NCBI GenBank assembly: GCA_938038035.1
Contig: CALHQV010000132.1
Location: forward strand, 5,561 to 69,560
Origin: an uncultured Gemella sp.
GTDB taxonomy: Bacteria > Bacillota > Bacilli > Staphylococcales > Gemellaceae
DNA length: 64,000 bases
Direction: 5' to 3'
Part shown: positions 29,757 through 38,697 of the stretch, piece after piece
Layout of the letters: every line of letters starts with the position of its first letter
Position numbering within the stretch: position 1 is the stretch's first letter
Notes under the pieces: model-generated
What the model was told of the DNA's origin: nothing
Databases searched by the model: none
Seen by the model: only the letters and a program-made list of their open reading frames with translations
Program-made: the position numbers and the translations under genes

Positions 29757-30401
29757 ATGGCAGAATATAGCTTAGTAGAAACAGCTAATGAATTATCAGT
29801 CGTCCGTCCTGGCGAAGAGTTTAATGAACAAGCTATTATGGTAAACAGCGTTAAACCAGTAGTCGATGCATTAAACAATGAAGCAAAACTTAAAAACGAA
29901 TCTCGTTCTATCATTAATGTTTTAGAATACATTGATAACTTCTTACCCATGCATTGTGGTTATGTCACTGACGAAGACCGATACACTATTGAAGATTGGT
30001 TAGATTTTGCCGGTGGTCCGTTTAATGAAGTAGACTTAGTAGATAAAGACGGAAACATTGTTGCTACTGTACCGTCTATGTATCCTAATAACAGTTATGT
30101 ATTGTTAAACGAAGAAGTAGAAGAGATTGATGATAATACTACTTCATTAGGTCGTAAGTTTGAAATCATTAATAATACAGGTGATAATTATCGAACTATC
30201 TCACGTAAATCTCGTACAGATTTATACGAAAGTATGTTAGAGAGATTTGATGGAAGTGTCATTGAAGCACATAAAGCAAAATGGAATGCATTCTTTGTGA
30301 AAATGGGCTTATTTAAACCTACAGGTGAAACCAACGAGAAACAAACTAATAGTGAAGATGATGTGGTAAATGGTGAATCTAATCCATTTATTTCTTACTA
30401 A
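29757..30401 (+). CDS. Hypothetical protein in nucleus gene block
   Basis: 214 aa, strong RBS. Confidence 0.7.
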   Translation: MAEYSLVETANELSVVRPGEEFNEQAIMVNSVKPVVDALNNEAKLKNESRSIINVLEYIDNFLPMHCGYVTDEDRYTIEDWLDFAGGPFNEVDLVDKDGNIVATVPSMYPNNSYVLLNEEVEEIDDNTTSLGRKFEIINNTGDNYRTISRKSRTDLYESMLERFDGSVIEAHKAKWNAFFVKMGLFKPTGETNEKQTNSEDDVVNGESNPFISY

Positions 30402-30439
30402 AAACCATTTCTGAATATTAGTTTAAAAGGAAGTGTCCA

Positions 30440-31576
30440 ATGTTAAGACCACTTAAAATTAAAGCATTCGGTGATGTCCACAATGGACACTCTTCTACGC
30501 CTACTATTAAAATTTCAGAAGAGATACGTGAGTGTTTCCCCTATGGTAAAGATGCAGCAGGTACAGATATTCTGGTATTAGATGGTGACTGGTATGATAA
30601 GTTATTACCCAATAATCATCAAGACGCTATTGATACAGAAGTCACTATGTATTACTTGTTACGATATTGTAAAGACCATGATATTGTATTTTGTATTGTA
30701 GATGGTACACCACTACATGATGCAGGACAGATTCAGAAGTTTTTACATATTAACAAAGAAGCTAAGATTGATGCTGAAGTTATTTTGGTAGATACCATTG
30801 ATATCGTGTATATTTCTAAATACGATGTCAATGTATTATTTGTACCAGATAGACCAAGAACAACTCCTCAAGAAACATTCAGTATTGTACAAGAGAAATT
30901 AAAACAACACAATATTGAACAAGTAGACTTTGCAATTATGCATGGTTGTTTTCAATATCAATTACCAGAATTAGCTCCAGACCACAAACACAATGAGGAA
31001 GATTACGAGAATATCGTAAAAGGTCCAATTATTATTGGCCATATCCACAAACATTCCTCTAAGGGTAAGATTATTGCCCCAGGTAGTTTTTCTAGATTAA
31101 CACATGGTGAAGAAGAGCCTAAAGGTTATATAGAAATTATTCTACAACCATCAGGTGAATTTAAAGCAAAATTCATTGAGAATAAAACAGCAACTATTTA
31201 TAAGACCATTAATATTACTGGGCTTTCATTACAAGATTCCTTTGATAAAATCAAAAGAAATGTGGAATCATTGCCACCACTATCTAGAGTCAGGATAGAA
31301 TGTGAACAAGGACATCCTATTTCTTTAGATAAAACATTCATGGTTTTAAAAATGGAAAACATTGATATTTATTGGTCGATTAAAGTCAATACGGATAAAT
31401 CTATTATCGCTAATCAAGAAGAAGTATTTAGTATTGAAAATGATTATGTTCCATTGGTTATTAATCCTGATAATATCGAAGAGTTGATTCTCTTAAAAGC
31501 TGAACAAAAAGGATATTCACCACAAGTGATTAAAACCATTCCAAATTACTTAAATGAAATTCTGAAAGAAGATTGA
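30440..31576 (+). CDS. sbcD: SbcD/Mre11-like metallophosphoesterase nuclease (phiKZ gp65-like)
   Basis: GDVH, DGD, GTPLHD, MHG, GHIH and PGS motifs. Confidence 0.88.
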   Translation: MLRPLKIKAFGDVHNGHSSTPTIKISEEIRECFPYGKDAAGTDILVLDGDWYDKLLPNNHQDAIDTEVTMYYLLRYCKDHDIVFCIVDGTPLHDAGQIQKFLHINKEAKIDAEVILVDTIDIVYISKYDVNVLFVPDRPRTTPQETFSIVQEKLKQHNIEQVDFAIMHGCFQYQLPELAPDHKHNEEDYENIVKGPIIIGHIHKHSSKGKIIAPGSFSRLTHGEEEPKGYIEIILQPSGEFKAKFIENKTATIYKTINITGLSLQDSFDKIKRNVESLPPLSRVRIECEQGHPISLDKTFMVLKMENIDIYWSIKVNTDKSIIANQEEVFSIENDYVPLVINPDNIEELILLKAEQKGYSPQVIKTIPNYLNEILKED

Positions 31577-31577
31577 A

Positions 31578-32441
31578 ATGAACTATGTGAATGAAAGAGA
31601 AAGAGGACAACTCCCTTTATCTATTGGTACATCACTTGCATTTGAATCTATGTTAAACACCAGTGAGATTATCAAACACGATAAACCACTGTATGTAGGA
31701 AATGGTAGAGTGTGGATAAATATTAAAACACTCTACCGTAATATATACGGTTCAGTACATAGAGAAAACATTGATAGAACATCAGATGCTCAATTTGCAG
31801 ATGCTATGTTTAGTGAGATTGATTTAATTAAAGATATTTGTAGTGAAGAAGCAAATGGTATTGAGCCTGTATTCTATTGTCCTAACTATGTGAAATTAGA
31901 TAATTTTAATAATGAAACTTTATTAAGATTAGATAATACTTCACTACAACAGACTTATAGCAAACGAATGACAAACTGTTTAAAGATTGTTTTGCCAGAG
32001 TTTAATAAGTCAAAAGAGTTAACCAATCCGAATAGAATACGAATATATGATAATTTTATAGAAGATATAGAAAATCAAAATACACTAATGATTACTCATT
32101 ATGCTTTTGATTTATTGTCTTTTAGAAAGTTTAAGAATTTAACTTTACTCGAAACCCACACAGGTAAAGCTAAAGGTAGAGAGTTATGGTATACGAAATA
32201 TTACAATGGTAAAGATTTACCTGAGTTACCATTTAGGTTAGACTTATTAACTTTATTAGGTGACGGTACATTATTTAGAACCAAAGTACCTAAGTTTAAA
32301 AAAGAAATTATCAGAATGGCTAAAGACTATCATTGGTCTAGTATTACTACTACGGATAAGATTAGACACAATATTTCTGATATTAAAGACCATCAGATAA
32401 GAATGAGACTATTAGCTTGTATTAAAAACGAATATTGTTAA
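31578..32441 (+). CDS. Conserved protein (phiKZ gp66-like)
   Basis: 287 aa, coupled to sbcD; synteny. Confidence 0.55.
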   Translation: MNYVNERERGQLPLSIGTSLAFESMLNTSEIIKHDKPLYVGNGRVWINIKTLYRNIYGSVHRENIDRTSDAQFADAMFSEIDLIKDICSEEANGIEPVFYCPNYVKLDNFNNETLLRLDNTSLQQTYSKRMTNCLKIVLPEFNKSKELTNPNRIRIYDNFIEDIENQNTLMITHYAFDLLSFRKFKNLTLLETHTGKAKGRELWYTKYYNGKDLPELPFRLDLLTLLGDGTLFRTKVPKFKKEIIRMAKDYHWSSITTTDKIRHNISDIKDHQIRMRLLACIKNEYC

Positions 32442-32505
32442 TAGTTTTATCACTTACTTATTCATGAATACAATTATTTAAACCTTAGTTTAAAGGAAAA
32501 AGAAA

Positions 32506-33231
32506 ATGGCTGAAAAGCAACAATTTAACCCAATGTATCGCCCTAATATTACCAGCATTAACTTGACTACTCTTTGGGGTCGTAATGAAGAGAAAAGTGT
32601 AGCTTATTGCAAAATGTATATTTCTGGCAATAAACTGCGTTTGAACATCGGTACTGGTTTGACTGAAGATAAAGCAAAACGTCAACCAAATATCCGTATG
32701 GAATTTAAAGACGGTCAAGTACCTTCTTTCTTAGCTATCTTGGATATTCTTCGTGACTTAGCACTTCATCAAGATGATGGTGAAAAGAAAACAGTACAAT
32801 GTCCTGTTTACGGTTATGTTAAACCACGTGATGCTCAAAAAGCAGAACGTAAACAAATTGGTACTATTCAAGTAGGTCGTACTGAAAAAGGTATTTACTA
32901 CTTCACAGCATTTGATGGCTATCATGGTAAAGTAATGTTCCCTCTGACATTTGAACGTGATATTGAAGTTTATAATGTTAATACAGGTGAACCTGCTGAT
33001 GCTGGCTGGAAATCTCGTTGTTATATGCTCTCTTGGGTAGAAACCATGAAGAAACTGATTGTTTCTACTTTGGTTCAAGAGTTCGTAGACCCAGACGCTA
33101 AGAAAGACAGTAACCAATCAAATGGTAATCGTAGCTATCAATCTGGTGGTAACAATAGTCAATCTAATTCTAATTCTAATAGTGGTGGTAATAATAATTT
33201 CGATGATTTTGAAGATGATTTCTTACCTTAA
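32506..33231 (+). CDS. chmC: ChmC-like nucleus-associated nucleic-acid-binding protein (phiKZ gp67-like)
   Basis: 241 aa; beta-rich core plus N/G/S-rich disordered tail ending DDFEDDFLP; immediately upstream of gp68-like gene. Confidence 0.7.
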   Translation: MAEKQQFNPMYRPNITSINLTTLWGRNEEKSVAYCKMYISGNKLRLNIGTGLTEDKAKRQPNIRMEFKDGQVPSFLAILDILRDLALHQDDGEKKTVQCPVYGYVKPRDAQKAERKQIGTIQVGRTEKGIYYFTAFDGYHGKVMFPLTFERDIEVYNVNTGEPADAGWKSRCYMLSWVETMKKLIVSTLVQEFVDPDAKKDSNQSNGNRSYQSGGNNSQSNSNSNSGGNNNFDDFEDDFLP

Positions 33232-33276
33232 TTAATTTAAAAGCTAAACTAGAGACTCTTTCCTAAGAGTCTCTAG

Positions 33277-33316
33277 TATTATATATTATTTCTAGTTATT
33301 ATATATTATTTCTAGT
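33277..33316. repeat. 20-bp tandem duplication
   Basis: tattatatattatttctagt x2. Confidence 0.85.
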
Positions 33317-33382
33317 ATATAATATTATAATGGTGGATGTTAGTGATAATATTCCACTTCTTTTAATTAAAAGGAAATCAAA

Positions 33383-34984
33383 ATGAACTACATAACTTTT
33401 GAGATGGACAGTACAAAGGCCAATGTACTCGTCTGTTATCAGAATGAGTCTGTGTCATTCTCAATGACCTATTATAAGAAAGGTCGAGATAACCATGATG
33501 TCATGGCAGCAGCTTCTCCATTCTTAGAATTTAATGAATGGTTAAAGACTAAGCCAGCACAATGGCACAAAGAAATTTTTGAAATCTATAAAGATATCAA
33601 AAAATCTATTCTTGAAATCAATGATGTTAATCGTTTGATTGGAGTATTGAATAAACATTTTATTAAGATTTACGCTAAAGTGAATCTAGATGAAATGAAA
33701 CACTGGATTACCCTCCCTAATACGCCAGTGTATGTTTCCAATAAAAAGGAAACTAATTACGACCCACAAACGACTTATGTCTATCAAGACTATTTAGATT
33801 TGGTAACATACTCACTCGCATTACGATTTGTCGCTCCTATTTGGGGTGATATACATAATCGATTAAATAGTGAATTTGGTAAAGATGCTAAAGAAGTGTA
33901 TTCGATGGAAATCCTATACGATACATGCATGGTGTCTAATCCAGAGAAGAACTATATCTGTACAGCCGAGAATCGCTTACGTGAGTTTATTGCAAATACT
34001 AAACTGAAGTTAGAGACTAATGCTGTATTGGTATCTGGTTTATCAGAAGACGATTTCTATAATTACCTGTATTCTGTTATTATCTTGAAGAAGATTGCTC
34101 AAGGTGATATTTCAGGTAATGATGATTCGTATCATTTGATTGCACAAACTTATTTCTTCTTGTCTAATAAAATCAAACAGGCTTCAAAATCTTATGGTGC
34201 TGATTCTACTCAAATCCAAATGAAGAAGAATCCTGTAGAAGACAAGAAAGGTAATGAATCTAACTCACAGTCTGTATTAGATGTTGGCTTTGTTCGTTCA
34301 CGTTTATTGGCTGATGAAAAGATGTTCTTGAAGTTAGCTATTTCAGACCATCAACGTTTGATTCAATCATTGTGTCCAGATTTGCCTGAAGATTTATACT
34401 TGGAATCCATGGATAATATCATGCAAATGAATACCAACTATAGCTACTTGTCAGAAGATAGACAGTACATGAAACCAATTCAAGATGTACAATTAACCAT
34501 TACCAAATGGATAGTACATCGTTCTGTTAATACAGTGATTTTCGACCATTTGGAATTAAATGAGTTGATTAACTTAATTGGTTTGGTTCGTGCTATTCTT
34601 TGGCATAAAGGATTTCATGAATTTGCAGCAGTGATTTCAGCGATTGCTTTACAACCCAATCGTGATTCTACATTTGTTCAACCAAGTTATCGTAAAAATC
34701 TGGAAGCAGGTTTATCTGAACGCCTGGCAAAAACCTATGATTTAGGTGGTATCACTAAATCAGAAAAACGCAATATGTCGTATATTGGTTGTATTGAATT
34801 AATCCATAAAGGATTGTTTGAATATAATTGGTTATTGACATTGCCAGAAAAATGGTTAGAAGAATCCAATTTAGTCACACGTGATAAACGCTTGATTCTA
34901 CCTTCTGACATTCGTAATAAAATCGGTGAATTGATGTTGGTAGTAGAGTCTGAACAAGAGTTTGTTCAAGACGAATTTAATTAA
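33383..34984 (+). CDS. nvRNAP promoter-specificity subunit (phiKZ gp68-like)
   Basis: 533 aa helical protein; position between ChmC-like and PicA-like genes. Confidence 0.7.
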   Translation: MNYITFEMDSTKANVLVCYQNESVSFSMTYYKKGRDNHDVMAAASPFLEFNEWLKTKPAQWHKEIFEIYKDIKKSILEINDVNRLIGVLNKHFIKIYAKVNLDEMKHWITLPNTPVYVSNKKETNYDPQTTYVYQDYLDLVTYSLALRFVAPIWGDIHNRLNSEFGKDAKEVYSMEILYDTCMVSNPEKNYICTAENRLREFIANTKLKLETNAVLVSGLSEDDFYNYLYSVIILKKIAQGDISGNDDSYHLIAQTYFFLSNKIKQASKSYGADSTQIQMKKNPVEDKKGNESNSQSVLDVGFVRSRLLADEKMFLKLAISDHQRLIQSLCPDLPEDLYLESMDNIMQMNTNYSYLSEDRQYMKPIQDVQLTITKWIVHRSVNTVIFDHLELNELINLIGLVRAILWHKGFHEFAAVISAIALQPNRDSTFVQPSYRKNLEAGLSERLAKTYDLGGITKSEKRNMSYIGCIELIHKGLFEYNWLLTLPEKWLEESNLVTRDKRLILPSDIRNKIGELMLVVESEQEFVQDEFN

Positions 34985-35005
34985 TTTATATAATGGAGTT
35001 TCAAA

Positions 35006-36580
35006 ATGGCTAATACGTTTATTGGTTCACACCGTAATTCACCAATAATTGTAGACTATCTTAATCTTATTAAGGTAGCAGGGTATCAAGACCAGTTTCT
35101 GCGTCCTAATGTCACTACAATGACAGGTGTCGCTGCTGCAGAAATTGGTAACATGATTCGTGATTTTAACGGCAAGATTCCAGGTTCAGTGATTGCCAAA
35201 ACAACCGCTAACTTTATCTTGCCTTCATCTCGTCCAGAAACACTGGCGTTTGCAGACAATGTAGTACCTAATTCAGTATCTATTCCATTTGGTTGGAATG
35301 AAGATCGTTTTGTGTTCATGATGCAAATCCGTACAACATCTGGTAATATTGAAACAACAGAATTGGTTACAGGTTATACTGACCGATTTGACGTAGCGCA
35401 CACTAATCGCTATGTGCAAAATACTGAAGATGTCATCATTGCACCAGATACTACGTTTTACATTAACTCTGTATCAACCATCGGTACACGTTATTTGAAT
35501 AACCTTGCTGTCCCAGTCATTAAAGATTCATTTGCTGTATTTGGTGGTGGTTTAGGTGCTGGAACTTACAATAGTCAAAATGCGTTGAAAATGACGCCAA
35601 TGAATTTGATTCAATCAGGTAAGATTAATTCAGTAGATGGTATTACTGATGTTCCTGATAACAGTGGTGTAACTACCATTCGCAGTGACTATAAATCAGT
35701 AAGTAATTATCCTACACTGTCTTATCGTAAGTTTAATTCACCTACAGCATTGACTTCAAAAATCATTGAATCTTATACAGACCAAGCAAAGTTATTTGCT
35801 AATTCAGGTTCGTATAGTTCTGATGATGTGTATAACCAAGCACGTGGTGCGTGTGCTGACCCTAGCATTACACAAACCAAGATTCTGACTTCTATTTCCA
35901 CTATGGGTGGTTCTAGCTCTACATTTGATTACAAATGGTTGCAAGCGATTGATCCACATATCGACGAGAAAACTGATGTATTCGATGGTGGTTATCATAC
36001 TACAGAATACAGTGCCCCTTGGGATGCGCCTACATTGGAAACCCAAATGGCATTGGTTGCTTCTAATATGGTAACCACACTGATGTTGAACTATTCGTTG
36101 CGTATGTTGGAATTCTCATCAACAAACATGGTGGTACATGGTGGATTTGGTGCTACATCAAATTCTACAATGATTTCTAATATTGCAGGCTTTGTAGAAA
36201 ACATCAACTTCAATAACATCATTGGTTCTCTTGAGAATATCATTGGTGAAGAGTTGGGTATGGTGTTATCTCAAGGTGGCGAACTTGGTTATTCTATTCA
36301 TGTATCTGCTGAAATGAATGCCGATATTAGTATCACCATCTCGTTTGAAGGTAAACCAGAAGAAATCTACATCTTCCCTTCATTCGCAGACTCTGCACTT
36401 TCCCCAATGATTACCACTAATACTAAAACTTATCGTAACAATTCACGTGATATTGGTGCGGTAATGGATTTGGTTGAAGAAACAGTAATCAGTTCTAGTG
36501 GTATCACTGGTTATACTGGTGGTATGGGTGATGTGTTTGACCATATGCAAAGCGGACATAACCCAGGTAATGTCTATTAA
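35006..36580 (+). CDS. picA: Phage-nucleus protein import factor PicA/Imp1 (phiKZ gp69-like)
   Basis: 524 aa; follows gp68-like gene; synteny and size. Confidence 0.65.
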   Translation: MANTFIGSHRNSPIIVDYLNLIKVAGYQDQFLRPNVTTMTGVAAAEIGNMIRDFNGKIPGSVIAKTTANFILPSSRPETLAFADNVVPNSVSIPFGWNEDRFVFMMQIRTTSGNIETTELVTGYTDRFDVAHTNRYVQNTEDVIIAPDTTFYINSVSTIGTRYLNNLAVPVIKDSFAVFGGGLGAGTYNSQNALKMTPMNLIQSGKINSVDGITDVPDNSGVTTIRSDYKSVSNYPTLSYRKFNSPTALTSKIIESYTDQAKLFANSGSYSSDDVYNQARGACADPSITQTKILTSISTMGGSSSTFDYKWLQAIDPHIDEKTDVFDGGYHTTEYSAPWDAPTLETQMALVASNMVTTLMLNYSLRMLEFSSTNMVVHGGFGATSNSTMISNIAGFVENINFNNIIGSLENIIGEELGMVLSQGGELGYSIHVSAEMNADISITISFEGKPEEIYIFPSFADSALSPMITTNTKTYRNNSRDIGAVMDLVEETVISSSGITGYTGGMGDVFDHMQSGHNPGNVY

Positions 36581-36629
36581 TCTGTAAGAGGTAGCTAACA
36601 CTACCTCTTTTTCTATAAAAGGAATTCAA

Positions 36630-38162
36630 ATGAAACTTAATATGTTAGATGTCTACGACGCACTTTTGACAACTTGTGGCTATGTTGTAGATGAAAATGG
36701 TCGTGTACGTAAGAAATTTGGTAAAGCACACCCAGTGTCTATGGAAATTGAAGGTGAAACTCGATACTTAGTATTGCCTACACGTGAAAACATGACTTCA
36801 CCTGATGTCATGAATTTCGTATTCTTCCATCCATTCCAAGAAAACTTGGTGCGTGGTGAATCACGTGTGATGTCAGCAGTACGTCGTGAGTTGAACCATT
36901 TCTATGGTGCGTCAGTTTCTGCATTGATGTGTGATATTGTCGCTATTTCATCTGGTACAGTAAACCATAGTGATTTGACTGTAGAACAACGTAAGTTTAT
37001 CAGTTCTATCGGTAAAGTAGACGAGAGATTTGTAAAAGACTTTGATAAGATTATTAATAATCTAGCTAGTCGTAAATCTCGTAATACACCAGTATATCTT
37101 TCATTGCGTAAAGGTGTAAACTGGGACGGTAAAACACACTCACGTGCAGCCATTTGGTCTTCACCATTACTCGAAGAAGTCATGACTTGTATTGAACAAG
37201 TAAACAAAGGCACACAAGCTACTCCTAAAATTCTAGGTGTATCTGTTCGTAAAGGTGATTTGAAAACATACGAAAACCTTTGTCGTGCATTCTTCGGTAA
37301 CATCGATGAAAAGAACCATGAGTTCTATAGTTCATCTGACGCTACTGATGCACCATATTGCGAATCATTTGTTCGTTCATTGTTGACATTACCTAAACGA
37401 CTGAATGCTATTTCTGATATGTTCTATACTGGTAAAGGTATGGTTCATGCTAAAGAAGTATCGAAAGAATGTCATGAAACCACCCATATCGATATCGATT
37501 GGTTGGAAGAGTTGGTAAAAGAATCAGAAACAGGTACCTTTACAGTACGTGATTGGCGTAAAGAGTATTTGTTGATTCCTTTGCAAGATGGTAATGAAGG
37601 TGTAGCTGCAATTACTCAAGAAGAAGCAAAACAAGAAGCTCCTTCTCGTAGTAAATATGGTGCGGTAACAGAACAGGTAGCTGGACACCCTGCTATAGCA
37701 CATCCAGCTAATGTACAAACTACTCAAGCAGCACCAGTAGCACAGCCTGTTCAAACAGCACAATATCCACAAGCACAATCAGTAGCACAGCCAGTGCAAG
37801 CAGGTAATCAGTTCTTGGCACGTCAAGAGCCAGTACAATACGTACAACCTGTATACCAACAAGCTCAACCAGTACAACAAACAGGTGGTAATCAATTCTT
37901 ACGTCGTCAAGATACCGTACAACAGTATCAACCAAACAATGGTCAATACAGCGGTTTCTTAGCACATCGTCAGAATCAGATTAACAATCATCATCGTATG
38001 TTTACACCTCCTGCAGCAGTTAATGGTTATGTTCCTGGCCAATCACATTCAGTGAATGTACCAAGAAATGCGGGTTTCGGTTACGGTGGTTATAATGGTG
38101 GTAACAATAACTTCTTCGCTCGTAATGGTTCTGCTTCATTGTTTAGTACTCGTAAACGATAA
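36630..38162 (+). CDS. Conserved protein with Q/N/G-rich C-terminal tail (phiKZ gp70-like)
   Basis: 510 aa; about 170 aa low-complexity tail; synteny. Confidence 0.6.
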   Translation: MKLNMLDVYDALLTTCGYVVDENGRVRKKFGKAHPVSMEIEGETRYLVLPTRENMTSPDVMNFVFFHPFQENLVRGESRVMSAVRRELNHFYGASVSALMCDIVAISSGTVNHSDLTVEQRKFISSIGKVDERFVKDFDKIINNLASRKSRNTPVYLSLRKGVNWDGKTHSRAAIWSSPLLEEVMTCIEQVNKGTQATPKILGVSVRKGDLKTYENLCRAFFGNIDEKNHEFYSSSDATDAPYCESFVRSLLTLPKRLNAISDMFYTGKGMVHAKEVSKECHETTHIDIDWLEELVKESETGTFTVRDWRKEYLLIPLQDGNEGVAAITQEEAKQEAPSRSKYGAVTEQVAGHPAIAHPANVQTTQAAPVAQPVQTAQYPQAQSVAQPVQAGNQFLARQEPVQYVQPVYQQAQPVQQTGGNQFLRRQDTVQQYQPNNGQYSGFLAHRQNQINNHHRMFTPPAAVNGYVPGQSHSVNVPRNAGFGYGGYNGGNNNFFARNGSASLFSTRKR

Positions 38163-38251
38163 ATAGTAATAACTAGATACACTACCATTTGGTAGTGTAT
38201 CTAGATTACTATATATTTTTTTAACATGATATTATCTAGGAGTAGTTCTAC

Positions 38252-38599
38252 TTAACTAGCTGTCCGTTTTACAATTTGATTATGGTAAGAAAGTAAACTA
38301 TTAATTAATTCAGAACGAGGAATCTTAATTGTTAGCTTATCTTTTTTATATTCACTAGGTGAAGAATAACCATTAATTCTCATTGTAATCCAATGGTGTT
38401 GTACTGGTACAGCTAAGTTTCTTAACAAACCATAGAAATCGTATTCAAAGCGATTTGCGTCAATAGGAGAGATTGTTTTAAATTCCTCAATATTTTTAGG
38501 GTCACTTAAGATAGATAAGTGGTCCTCTAATACTGTTTTAAAACTTTCAGATACGTAATCGCCATCATCGAATGTAGAATCAAGTAATGATGATGCCAT
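38252..38599 (-). CDS. Small protein, possibly LysM/T4 gp53-like baseplate protein
   Basis: 115 aa, AAAGG RBS; ...HHWITMRINGYSSP...LTIKIP pattern. Confidence 0.45.
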   Translation of the reverse strand: MASSLLDSTFDDGDYVSESFKTVLEDHLSILSDPKNIEEFKTISPIDANRFEYDFYGLLRNLAVPVQHHWITMRINGYSSPSEYKKDKLTIKIPRSELINSLLSYHNQIVKRTAS

Positions 38600-38697
38600 T
38601 TGTAAAACCTTTCAGGTATATATTATTAAATTGGAAGAAATAGAATAGTATTATTCTATCTTTTAGTATAGTGAAGCACTTATAAAAGGAAACCAAA

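Noticed and set aside
32506..33231. Canonical OB-fold SSB
   Set aside because: The acidic tip suggests it, but no SSB core motif is visible and synteny fits ChmC/gp67
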